Both the position numbers and the translations under genes were made by a program. The notes below the pieces were generated by a model. It did not search any database. It was not told where the DNA came from and saw only the letters and a list, made by a program, of their open reading frames with translations. DNA of 64,000 nucleotides from Octopus vulgaris (Eukaryota), in the NCBI GenBank assembly GCA_951406725.2, contig OX597822.1, positions 85,064,001-85,128,000 on the forward strand, read 5' to 3'. This document shows, one piece after another, positions 43,594-56,260 of the stretch; position 1 is the stretch's first letter, and the number at the start of each line of letters is the position of its first letter.

Positions 43594-44403
43594 CACTAAT
43601 TAAATAAATCCGAAAGTATGTTTTATCGCACAGTTTGGTTGGAACAAAGTTATGAAATGTTAAAATATTACTGGAATCTTACTTTGAAGTCTTTTAGGAG
43701 ACTACTTATTAATTATTAATCCAAATTTGGTTCAGGGTGTAATACACAAGCCGTTCATATCTGTTTCACTCTCCTACCATCGTCCCTTGCAGACGTGCTT
43801 CCCACCAGATGTCAGCGCAATCAATAGAGACATTTCAACAAGTAAGACAGTAGTAATAATAATAATAATGATATTAGTAGTAGTAGTAGTATTACTACTA
43901 CTACTGGATATCACTATACACAGATTATTTGCCGACCGACTGGCACATTTCAACTACCGAACATTTTTAAGTTTGCTTTTTGACTGTGGATTTTAATGTT
44001 TGGGGACTGCCAAAGTAAGTGGCTCTTCTTTATCTCTCCACATAACACGTGTATTCATACATGCAAACATAGACTGAATAGTTTCTTCAGCGTAAAAAAA
44101 AAAAAAAGGCTAAGATATTCGATGCAAGTAATAATTAAACACAACAACAACAACAACAATATTTATTATAATAATCGTTCCTAACAGTGGCAGAAAGCCA
44201 CAGAATTTTGAAGAGGGGTGTATTATGAAATTATTCGAATCGTCGGCACTCGACTGGTATTTCTTTTTATCGCCGTCCCAGAACGATAGAAAGCTAACAC
44301 GACCCAGCGGGCATTCGAACTTATAACCTAGAAACTCGTAACTAAATATCACAGAGTAGATTTGTCTGTTTCGGTTTTATTTCATAGATAGAAAATAATA
44401 ATA

Positions 44404-44614
44404 AAGCCAGCGAGCTGGCAGAATCATTAACACGCCGGACAAAATGTTTAGTGGCATTTACTACGTCTTTACGTTCTGATTTCAAATTCCGCCGAGGTCG
44501 ACTTTGCCTTTAATCGTTTCGGGTCGACAGAATAAATACCAGCTAAATACTAGGGGTCGACGTAATCGATTACCTCCTTCTCACAAAATTGCAGGCCTCG
44601 TGCAAAAAATTTGA
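44404..44614 (+). mobile_element. SINE family B copy with the alternative tail (...GGCCTCGTGCAAAAAATTTGAA)
   Basis: GCGAGCTGGCAGAATCATTAACACGCCGG...CCGAGGTCGACTTTGCCTTTAATCGTTTCGGGTCGAC. Confidence 0.8.
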
Positions 44615-45409
44615 AGTCAATGATAATGATAACATATATGTGTGTGTGTGTGTATGCTTCCACTCCCACTCAGATTAATTTCTTGATTGCTAATTAATCA
44701 CTTACTAAAAACAAGAAATGGGAATTCACTTTCGTTCTTCCATTCATCATCATCATTGTCATCATGAAATACTAATGCTTGTTTTGATAATTTCGGTTAA
44801 AAGATAATACAGAAATACAACCGAAAGAAAAAAAAAATTATTACAAGATAAAATGTTAGTCGTAAATTCTTTAAAAAAATCAAACAGTTGATAGTGTTGG
44901 CGTGTCTGTTAGAAGATAACCCTTTCGAAAAACAGACGGTGGCGGCGGCGGCGGCAACAGAGGCGGTAGTGGTGGTGGTGGTGGTGATGGGAGGGAGGGT
45001 GTTTGACGTTGTTGTTGTTTTCGCTTTTTTTGGTTTTTCTAAAAATAGTCGCAGTTGTTTCGTGTTTGAATACATCCGCTGGAACAAAACAAAAAAGAAA
45101 AAGAAATATTTGGGACTGGTGCCAATAAATAGATAAATGATAAATGAGTTGAAATTGAAAGGGAGTTGGAGGGGTTCGGCTAATATCGTAGGGAAGGGTC
45201 ATAAGTGTAAAGAAGGTTCAGTCTTTAGAATTTGGTTATTATCGCCAAAAACAACAAAACAAAAGCACAAGACTTTTAGTCAGTGGAAGCGAACTTGTAT
45301 GAAATAATAGCAGTAGTGAGTAGATGAGGGTGAAGAGGTACACGACAGGCTTGAAGAGGTATGAGTGGGTGGCTTGCAATAGAACGGTTATTATATATAT
45401 GTATATATA

Positions 45410-45772
45410 GTGGCACTCCGTCGGTTGCGACGACGAGGGTTCCAGTTGATCCGATCAACGGAACAGCCTTCTCGTGAAATTAACATGCAAGTGGCCGAGC
45501 ACTCCACACATAGGTGTACCCTTAACGTAGTTCTCATGGAGATTCAGTGTGACAAGGCTGGCCCTTTGAAATACACGTACAACAGAATCAGGAAGAAAGA
45601 GTGAGAGAAAGTTGTGGTGAAAGAGTACAGCAGGGTTTGCCACTACCCCCCTGCTGGAACTTCGTAAGAGCTTTAGGTATTTTTCGCTCAATAAACACTC
45701 ACAACGTCCGGTCGGGGAATCGAAACCGTGATCCTACGACCGCGAGTCCGCTGCCCTAACTACTGGGCCTCC
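45410..45772 (-). mobile_element. tRNA-headed SINE family C
   Basis: Minus strand begins GGCCCAGTAGTTAGGGCAGCGGACTCGCGGTCGTAGGATCACGGTTTCGATTCCCCG (A and B boxes). Degenerate copies of its tail lie at about 6485-6640 and 13385-13510. Confidence 0.8.
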
Positions 45773-45815
<43 letters not shown>

Positions 45816-45836
45816 CATACATATATATATACATAC

Positions 45837-45879
<43 letters not shown>

Positions 45880-45908
45880 CATATATATATATATATATAT
45901 GTATGTCT

Positions 45909-45940
<32 letters not shown>

Positions 45941-47228
45941 GTATGTCTATACATACATACATATATACATACATACATATATATATATATATATGTATGT
46001 CTATACATACATACATATATATATATACATATATATATATGTATGTATATATATACATATATATATATATGTATGTATATATATATATACATATATATAT
46101 GTATGTATATATATACATATATATGTATGTATATGTATGTATATATATATGTATATATATATACTTATGTATATATGTATGTATATGTGTGTATGTATAT
46201 ATATGTATGTATATATGAATGCATGTATGTATATATATGTGTATATATATATGTATGTGTATATATATATATATATATGTATGTATATATATATATGTAT
46301 GTATATATATATGTATATATGTATGTATATATATATGTATATATGTATGTATATATATATGTATACATGTATGTATGTATGTATATATATATATGTATGT
46401 ATGTATATATATATATGTATGTATATATATATGTATACATGTATGTATGTATATAATGCACTTGGCTTAGATTTCCTTGGCGGGCTGCCCATATCGGAGC
46501 AATCTCAAGATTAATCAGCCGAAATTGCTAAGATGATCTGGTTCTTGACTGATGACTGAGGGCTTCGAATGTCCCGTCCTGTGGTTCTTGTGTCGTCTCT
46601 GTGGCGTTTCATGTTCTTGTCCATGTCTGTAATTATTTTTACTGTTTACCTATATATATATATATATATATGTATACATGTATGTATGTATATATATATA
46701 TGTATGTATGTATATATGTATATATATATATATACATTCCTTTTATTTGTTTTCACTTGTTAGACTGCGGTTATACTGTAGTACCGTTAAGTTACAGGGA
46801 CGTAAACACACACACACACACACAGATACATATACATATACGACTAGCTTCTTTCAGTTTCCACCAAATCCACTCACAAGGCTTTCGTTCCTTACCATTT
46901 TGTACCTATGGACCTCTTTGATTCCTATTCTACTCGAGCAGACCCTTATAGGCACTCAATTTTTACTGGTTATCCTATTATATTTCTCTAATTAAATATT
47001 ATTAGGTATTGTACTAAAAAAAGATCTTAAGGTATTTTGTCAATTGTAGAAGTATAACCGATTTATTGCAGATAAACTTTAACAAGAAAATTCTATATGG
47101 ACCCCTCCAGCGTCATGTGGACCCCAGTTGAGAACCACTGCCCTACTGGAAGACACTTACCCGAAACCACATAGTAAGGAAGCAAATTTCTTACCATACA
47201 GCCACACACACAAACACACACACACACA

Positions 47229-47330
<102 letters not shown>

Positions 47331-47766
47331 AATAAATGTAAGATCCAGAGATTGAGGCGTAGGAAGACTGTTAGCTTTAAGCAATTCGTAGTAAATATAT
47401 ATATATATATAAAAAAAACAACTTTCATGGACAATAGTGGTTTATTGAGAAGGCAGGTTTTTTTTTTTTTTCGAATCGAAGAACGATAAACTGAAAAAAG
47501 TTCTTTTTATATTTTACGTTAGGCAACCAGGGTTGCTGGGTGTGTAACTAAGAATACAAGAGTTAAGGAATGAAGTAGATAAGATCTGGGCTACGTATGT
47601 TTTGTGGCAAGTGGAACCACAGATGTGGTAAATATCCAGGTGAGGTGTATACCGCAGGGTACTCTTCAGGCTAAGGATATCTTGATTAAATGAAAGTTTA
47701 CATTGTCGCAAGGAGATACTTGTCAACACATGGGAGATTCAATCAGAAGATTCAATCAATCAATCA

Positions 47767-47837
<71 letters not shown>

Positions 47838-47839
<2 letters not shown>

Positions 47840-48630
47840 CGCAGGAGTGGCTGTGTGGTAAGTAGCTTGCTTACTAACTACATGACTCCGGGTTCAGTTC
47901 CATTGCGTGGCACCTTGGGCAACTGTCTTCTACTATAGCCAAGGGTTGACTAAAGCCTTGTGCGTGGATTTGGTAAACGGAAACTGAAAGAAGCCCGTGT
48001 ATATGTTTGTGTGTCTATTCGTCCCCCACCATCGCTTGACAACCGATGTTGGTGTGTTTACGTCCCCGTAACTTAGCAGTTCGATAGAAGTGACCGATAG
48101 AATAAGTACTAGGCTTACAAAGAATAAGTCCTGGGATCGATTTGTTAGACTAAAGGCGCTGCTCCAGCATGGCCACAGTCAAGTGACTGAAACATATAAA
48201 AGAATATATATATACAGGCGCAAATAAAAGTTATATAGGCGCAGGAGTGGCTGTGTGGTAAGTACCTTGCTTACCAACTACATGGTCCCGGGTTCAGGCC
48301 CTCTGCGTGTCACCTTGGGCAAGTGTCTTCTACTATAGCCTCGGGCCGACCAAAGCCTTGTGAGTAGAGTTGGTAGACGGAAACTGGAAGAAGCCCGTTG
48401 TATATGTATGTGTGGGTGTATATGTTTGTGTGTCTGTATTTGTCCCCCTCCCCAACATCACATCACAACCGATGTTGGTGTGTTTATGTCACTCGTAACT
48501 TAGCAGTTCACCAAAAGAGACCGATAGAATAAGTCCTAGGCTTACAAAGAATAAGCTCTGGGGTCGATTTGCTCGACTAAAGGCGGTGCTCCAGCATGGC
48601 CGCAGTCAAATGACTGAAACAAGTAAAAGG
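47838..48630 (+). mobile_element. Two tandem full-length SINE family A copies (47838-48205; 48238-48630)
   Basis: Each starts GGCGCAGGAGTGGCTGTGTGGTAAG and ends CTCCAGCATGGCC.CAGTCAA.TGACTGAAAC. Confidence 0.9.
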
Positions 48631-48664
48631 GAGCATATATATATATATATAGTTGAAATTTATA

Positions 48665-48840
48665 GAGAAGCAAAAAAGGAAGGCAGGTGTATGAACAACA
48701 AGCAGGTGTATTAGTTTCACGCTCAAGAAGGTGAGAAAGTCTTTTACGTTTCGAGCCTACGCTCTTCAACAAAAATGAATAAAGGAAAATATACAGTGAG
48801 ATAATAAATTTTAAAAAAAAACTTGTGGATTTAGCGGTCA
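48665..48840 (-). mobile_element. Hammerhead-like dispersed repeat (copy 3)
   Basis: Core at 48741-48776 on the minus strand: TTT TTGTTGA A GAGC GTAG GCTC GAAACGT A AAAG. Confidence 0.7.
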
Positions 48841-49319
48841 GAAAGAGAGAGAGAGGCTATAATGAAAGATTACTTGATACTTTGAGAAGAATACAAATTT
48901 ATTATTGTTTAAGAAGAAGAATAATGAGAGTGACTTCGAAGTTCCAGCAGATGAAGTATTAACAGGTGGAAACTAATACCGAAATCACCGTCATTACTAC
49001 TCTTGCTAAAGAAAACACACACATATGTGTGTGTGTGTGTCTGTACGTATCTATGCACATGTGTATGTGTGTATATGTGTATGTATGTGTATGTATGTGT
49101 GTGTGTATGTGCATGTGTACCTGTATGTGTGTATGCATGTATGTGTGTGTATGAGTGTATGTATACACACATACACGCATGCATATGTTTATATATCTGA
49201 GTTCATAATTTTTATATTTCTCTGTGTGTGTGAGAGTATGTATGTATGCATAAATATACAAGCTCACATATCTATGTAAACAAGGTAGGTGGTGGCAGAG
49301 GGAAGGGGAGAGGAGGATG

Positions 49320-49355
<36 letters not shown>

Positions 49356-50389
49356 GTGAAGAGTGACAATTAGGAGGTGAAATGCAATTTGAGTAAAACT
49401 AATTACAGCAAGCAATCCTTGCACTTTACACTTACAAACATATAGGAAGGCGCCTCCTCTATGTAGAAATAGCAGCTAAATATCACTCAGCTTGTCAACT
49501 TTTACAAAAGAGAAAGGAAGCGAAGGAAAACACTTTGTCGTATGATGTGCAAAACGAAGATGTGATGGGCATGGCTGGACTACAGAGGTGCTTCACCAGG
49601 ATCCTTATGATCCTTGGGAATCCATACGAAATGTTGGTGTTAAAATTTATTACCAATAAATAGATTATATTTCTAAAGTACACAAAATGTTTTAACTATT
49701 CTTTTATAATATAAATAGAATGGAATTTTTTAAACATCAAATTGTCCTTTCCTAGTAAAATAGGGATAAAAGGGACCCATAGAAGCAAAAGAAAAAAAAA
49801 ACGGTTGAAAACCACTAGTAAACTGGACCCCATTTGGTGAAATGTCAACGTTATCAAGGCTTAAAGCTGTCTTGGGGCGAAAGAGCATAATAAATGGGAA
49901 GGAGAAGGTATGAGTGATAATTAGATGTGTGTATAATTATGTCTATATATAGACACAATTAAATACACACAGCTAATTAGCTATCATATATACATACAAA
50001 CACACACATATATACGAACGCACATATACTCTTTTAATCATTTGTATATTCTCTATCTATTGTGTTCTTGAGCAAAGCACTTCATTTCACATTGCTCTGC
50101 GATGGCTTCGACATCTGATATTGGGTGCACCGCGCACCTGTTCAGACAATATCAACTTGATGGAGGGTCTAAGCTAATAATGTACAGCACATGCAATTAG
50201 TCACTAGAAACAAGTCATCTGTGTAGGTCGCTCAGTGGGAAGTTGCGCAACCCTCGTCTGTCAAATACGATAGGAGAGGCCATCAAACGTGCGTGTGTGT
50301 GGTGATGTATTTCGTCCTTTAACTGCTTACATTCCACTGTGACCGGGCTGTATTGATATCGGGTTACCTTCTGCTGCCGCACTCTCTGC

Positions 50390-52650
50390 TACAGTTTGCA
50401 TTACAACCCACGCCGTTTCTAGGTGGTAAAACTACACCAGAGTTTAAAGTTCTTTGGATACCGTAACCTGTTCGGTCTAAGACATCAGTCGACTAATAGG
50501 CTAAATTAAACTTTCCGAAGTTAACTTTCATTTTCCTTGAAATTCTTCGCAGCGGCTTGTGTCTTCAGAGTTTCGGTCCTGTTTTCCCAAGAGATTGAGT
50601 GTAGTTTATGAACTCGTAGGCAGATATGGCCACAAATCCCATCTTTCACTTCTCTATCACAAGAAATTTTACTTGGAAGCCTGACTCTTTCAGTTCGGCG
50701 TCTAAACTGCCATATTTCTCAGTCTTGTAGCTGTGTGCTTCTTCCCTCCTGTTTTTATATAACAGTGAATTCAATCAGAATCACTTGTTAGTTGTGCGTG
50801 AGTGAAGTACAATATCCAGTCTCATACCACTGTTGTTGAGTTTTCTTTATTTTGGAAGGTTTACTGAGCCGTCCCTGTCGTCCTCTCCATCCAGTAGACC
50901 CTATTTGCTTGATTCAATTGAAATCTGTTCCAGGTTACAGTCTTTTTCTCCCTGTCGTGTAGAACATTGGTAATACTTCTGATGACTTTGTTTTCCCTCT
51001 CACAGTACAAACTGCAATTAAGACCACTTGTTTCTATGTGTACCTTCCTTGGGTTAGCGCCACTTTGCCTGAGCTCCACGTTCCACTGTTCTTAACTGGG
51101 TTTATACTTGAAGGTTGGAGGTTAAATACAGATCTGAGGATGAAACTTATCCTAAGTGGAGTTATATGCCCTGTGCCATTCCAGCTGAGACTCCTTTACA
51201 GTGTACTTTCTCATGTCGTCCGTTATCCCCGTTGGCCATACTGACCTGCCTTCTGAATTCTCTTGACATAACCTCCTGCCCTTATCTCCTGAATTACCGT
51301 ATTTTGGATGACCACTCCGTTGAGCCTAGTCCTTGTCTGCTGATCAGCGTGTATTCCATTAAACTTTTGGCTTCCTTTTGCTACATCTTGAACCTTCCAT
51401 TTTGTCCCAGCTCTCAGTTTGGGTTTGATTGATATCACAGTCTTATCTCCTAAATATTCAGGCGTACATAAGAGCCTATCTTTCCCAGTCTTGTACTCTT
51501 CTTTCACAACAGTAGAAAGTAACATCATTGAGGACAGATAGGATATCAAGCCATTTTCAGGTGAATTTATTAATCTTGGCTCTCATCATTTCCACTGTGC
51601 TTGTGCTGATATATGATATATGATATTGTGCTGATATCATATATCAGCAAAAGTCAAAGGAGCTTTGGAACCAGCAGGAACTTTAGGTTCCAGACTTTGT
51701 ATTTGCCAAAGAAGCCACTTAATTCTATTGCGTTCAATCTCTGTCCTGCCATTTGCATGTCTTCGATCCCTCCCCCTTTTTTTCATCATTTCAGTAATCA
51801 CCATTTCATCTTCCTAGACTCTTGACTACCTCTCCTAGCATTGTTGAAGGGGGTTGGGTACCTCCAGGGAATGGATCATTATCAGCTACCTTTCCCTTCC
51901 GGTGTGAGAGGCTGCGTAACTTCTTAAATTTGAAATTCATCCTCGATGACTGCTACAGTATCCCACCTGTTTCCTCTATTCTAGCATCATCCAGAAAAGA
52001 TATTCGGTATCTGTTTCCAAGACCTGACAGACATGTACCGTTCATCACTGACCCCCGTTACCAGCACGAATAATAATTGGAGAAATGGCACAGCCCGTGG
52101 AAATGTTAACTTCCATATTGATCCAGTCTGTTGAGAAATCCTTTGAGGAGAGTATCGCATTGAGAAGCCATGAAAGTATCTTTTCGACATCTCTTAGATG
52201 TTCTTTGAGACATGGTACACCCGGAGAGCAGATTAGACCATCAAGTGTGGGACTGATCAACAGGCATTTGTCAGATCAAACCACACGACAACGAGGTCCT
52301 TCTTCGCTGCTCTAAATCTCTGAATTGCTTATCAAATCATTGTGGCATGCTCTATGCAGCTAGATATTCCTAGAATATCCCCTTCCTGGAACTGACATTT
52401 CCAAGTACTTATTGTATGCGAGGGGTTTCGTTAACTTTGCCGCCATAACAGGGATGTTCTGCTCAACATTCAGAAGTAATAGTTGACTGAACTGATGTTA
52501 CACGAGTTTGGTTCTTTGGGAATAAACACTCTGTCTGTTATCATCCACTGGTTGCTAACCTTCAGGGTCCTCCATGCTGATCTTAACAATTTTGAAGTCA
52601 TCCAAGAAGGCTGGAACATCTTTTTATACAACAGATAGGGAATTCTATTG
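50390..52650 (-). mobile_element. Decayed HERO-like RLE non-LTR retrotransposon (RT to RLE region)
   Basis: Broken frames give NISTGCAISPII (RT motif, compare GCTISP), EEYKTGKDRL...KLRAGTKWKVQDVA, RISFILRSVFNLQP and ILIEFTV...EEAHSYKTEKY..L.AELKESGFQVKFLVIE (RLE domain). Confidence 0.75.
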
Positions 52651-52699
52651 GACTCAGTCGATGAGTTGGCTTCGACTTCCCGAACTTCTTTCTTTCGCT

Positions 52700-52741
<42 letters not shown>

Positions 52742-53052
52742 ACACAGACACACACACACACACACACATTCCTCTTATCCAGTCATTGCACCGCCGCCAA
52801 GTTGGGACATTACACTGAAAGTGGATCATATCAACCCTATTACTTTTTTGTCTCAGACTTATTTTATCGAACTCTATTTGACAGACCGCAAAATTTATGA
52901 AACAGTTATTTCTTTCAAGTGATGTCATAGCATAAATATAACAAAGAAAGGCATACACATACGCACATGGATGCGTAATACATCCGTCTATTTATATTCA
53001 CGCATATTTATAAACTTAGATAGATAGATATATATTTATATACAGATTGATG

Positions 53053-53102
<50 letters not shown>

Positions 53103-53108
53103 CAGACA

Positions 53109-53205
<97 letters not shown>

Positions 53206-53366
53206 GTAGATAGATAAATGGATGGATAGACAGATAGATAGATATAGAGAGATGGATGGATAGACAGACAGATAGATGCATAGACGGATAGTTAAACAGA
53301 TGGACAGATAGACAGACAAACCGACAGACAGATAGCTGGATAGATAGATATTCTCTTATATTTATG

Positions 53367-53403
<37 letters not shown>

Positions 53404-53404
<1 letters not shown>

Positions 53405-53645
53405 GTTTCTTTATTGGCCACACAGGGCTGCACACAGATGGGACAAGTTACAAGGTAGAGCTTTTCTTTTGGGGGATGAAAAAAACAAAAAAAACAAAAG
53501 AAACAAAAAAAAAGGAGGGTGGCATAGGTTTTCGATCAAGAGGGAAGAAAAGAACAAAAATAAAAAAAAATAAAAGAAAAAAAAAAAGAAAAAAAGAAAA
53601 GGAAAAGGAACAAAAGAAAAGAGAAATGAAAAAAGAAGAAAAAAG
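53404..53645 (-). mobile_element. 3' terminus of a LINE-like element (possibly Tx1-like) embedded in (GATA)n
   Basis: Minus strand has a T-rich UTR ending CTTGTCCCATCTGTGTGCAGCCCTGTGTGGCCAATAAAGAAAC, with (TATC)n on both flanks. No coding signature, so the clade is inferred. Confidence 0.5.
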
Positions 53646-53649
53646 GAGA

Positions 53650-53693
<44 letters not shown>

Positions 53694-53769
53694 TAAAGTT
53701 AAGGCTAAAGTCTGGGCAGCAAGACACTGACTCGACCAAAATGAAATATTTAAAAGTCTACTACTACTT

Positions 53770-54050
53770 AAGGCGTGTAGGGGCACAAGACCTAGTAGTC
53801 GAGAGATGGCGGGTTCTAATCTCAGACTGGGTGATATATGTGTTTATGAGCGAAACACCTAAGCTCCACGCGGCAAAAAGTAATGACAAACTTCTGTTGA
53901 CTCTTTCGCCACAACTTTCTCTTACTCTTTCCTCCTGCATCTTGCAGCTCACATGCAATGGACTGGCGTCCCGTCCAGGTGGGGAATCTATACCTATACG
54001 CCAATGAAACCGGGAAACCGGTCCTTGTGAACCAGGCATGGCTCGAAGTC
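53770..54050 (+). mobile_element. SINE with a family-C head and a V-domain-like body
   Basis: Shares GTGTTTATGAGCGAAACACCTAAGCTC...ACTCTTTCGCCACAACTTTCTC with the 45410-45772 element, then has ATGGACTGGCGTCCCGTCCAGG (V-SINE-like). Confidence 0.6.
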
Positions 54051-55089
54051 TCTACTATGGTACCGAGTTCTCTGTTTTTCCCGAAGTTCACACCAAACGA
54101 GTTCTGTGTGTGTGTGTATGTGTACGGTGCCTGTACAAGCAATTGGTAAAACCTTTCGTGCCTAATGAAGAACAGAAAGGCAATCACGTGGCCCTTAGAA
54201 CACAATGCCTTCTTTAAAGTAATGTTAAAAAAAAATAACAATACCTAGAATAGAAAGGGGTGTGGAAATGAGGCGGGGGAAATTATTGGTCAAAGGTCAC
54301 TCTCTTTGCCTTAGCTAAATATTCCTGAAAGAGAGGATCGCCAGTTTTATTGTTGGCATTGATGGCAGTGGAAGAGTTGATGCTGATGCTGATGATAATG
54401 ATGAAGGTATTGGTGACGTTGGGGTTGAGGAGGAGTGGTGGTGTTGGTAATTCTAATCTTTGGTTGGCTGAGCGAGTAAACGGCCTATGTCAAGTCAACA
54501 AGTGTTCAGCAATTAGCATGATCAATTTCATCATCATCATCATCATCATCGCCACCATCTCCATCTCTGCCACCACCGTCGTCCTCATCATCACTGCCAC
54601 AGAAGCTGCTGCTGTTTTTGTGATGACTGACATCACTCCTTCCACTTCCTCCCCCACTCCTCGTAACCACTCCCTCTCGACGTTCTACCCAAATACTTCG
54701 TAGGAACGTCTGGGTGGTCGCTCGACCTATCAGAAATAGCAGTCATTCTCCCTTAAACCTGCCAACTTAGAAAAGGGCATGTTAAGTAGTGCGTGGATGC
54801 GAGTTCCTTCCATACAAAAATAAGATGAGATGGTCACGGCTGGTATATTTTTGGATGCAGCTATGTTGGATCAAGGTTGACATAGGAATGAACAACAACT
54901 ATGAAGAATTTGGAGGAAGAAAATAGTTAGCTGCCAAAAATAGCAGCCAAATCTCCATCAAATCAGACTCTGTTGTCATGGAAAATGACAAAAATACGTT
55001 CGATAATGTAGCCCTGTGCTTGCATTTCAGACAGGTTGGTCATGGCTTCAGTGTCTTTTACAAAACGATAAATTCTCTATTTTTTTCTC

Positions 55090-55561
55090 TTTTACTTGTT
55101 TCAGTCATTTGACTGCGGCCATGCTGGAGCAACGCCTTTAGTCGAGCAAATCGACCCCCAAGACTTATTCTTTGGAAGCCTAGTACTTATTCTATCGGTC
55201 TATTTTGCCGAACCGCTAAGTTACGGGAACGTTAACACACCACCATCGGTTGTCAAGCGATGTTGGGGGGACAAACAAGACACAGACACACAAACACACA
55301 CACACACACACACACACATACACACACACACACACATATGTATATACATATGTACGACGGGTTTCTTTCAGATAAGAGGAAAAAATTTATCAGAAAGGAA
55401 CTCTATCTCTCTTAAAAAAATTTTGATAAGCATAACAAATGCACAACCGGTAAAAAGAACTTTCACCTAATTAAATTACTTAAATTACTTAAAATATTTT
55501 GTCAGCATTTTCTTCATTTCCTTTTTTATATATCACAACTCGTGTTCCACATCTCCTTTTT

Positions 55562-55621
<60 letters not shown>

Positions 55622-56260
55622 GATATATATATATATATATAGATAGAGGTGATGCTATTAAGTTAGACATGGCCTGGACCAATCTTTGGTCGAAACATCT
55701 AAATTTATATGTAAATATATGCATGTATATGTATATATATATATATATATATGTATGTATATGTATATATATATATATGTATGTATGTATATATCTATAT
55801 GTATGTATATATATATATGTATATGTATAAATATATATTTATGTATATGTATATATATATTTATATATATGTATGTATATATACTCTTTTACTTTTTTAC
55901 TTGTTTCAGTCATTTGACTGCGACATTGCTGGAACACCGCCTTTAATCGAGCAACTCGACCGCGGGACTTATTCTTTTGTAAGCCCAGTACTTATTCTAT
56001 CGGTCTCTTCTGCCGAACCGCTAAGTAACGGGGACATAAACATACCAGCATCGGTTGTCAAGCAATGCTAGGGGGACAAACACAAACACACACACGCATG
56101 TATATATATATACATATATACGACGGGCTTCTTTCAGTTTCCGTCTACCAAATCCACTCACAAGGCTTTGGTCGGCCCGAGGCTATAGTAGAAGACACTT
56201 GCCCAAGGTGCCACGCAGTGGGACTGAACCCGGAACCATGTGGTTGGTAAACAAGCTACT
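55090..56260 (-). mobile_element. Two SINE family A copies (55090-55370 3' half; 55885-56260 near full, head truncated)
   Basis: Reverse complements of 21413-21815. Confidence 0.85.

Noticed and set aside
44930-45000. (GGC)n/(GGT)n run encoding poly-Ala/Val/His ORFs
   Set aside because: Short triplet repeats with no supporting exon structure.
45700-45772. tRNA gene
   Set aside because: A and B boxes are present, but the sequence continues into a SINE body and lacks a clean acceptor stem. It is a SINE head, as are the heads of families A and B.
46515-46575. CTGATGA near GCCGAAATTGC as a hammerhead (also about 62575-62615, minus)
   Set aside because: Stems I-III and a valid NUH site could not be assembled.
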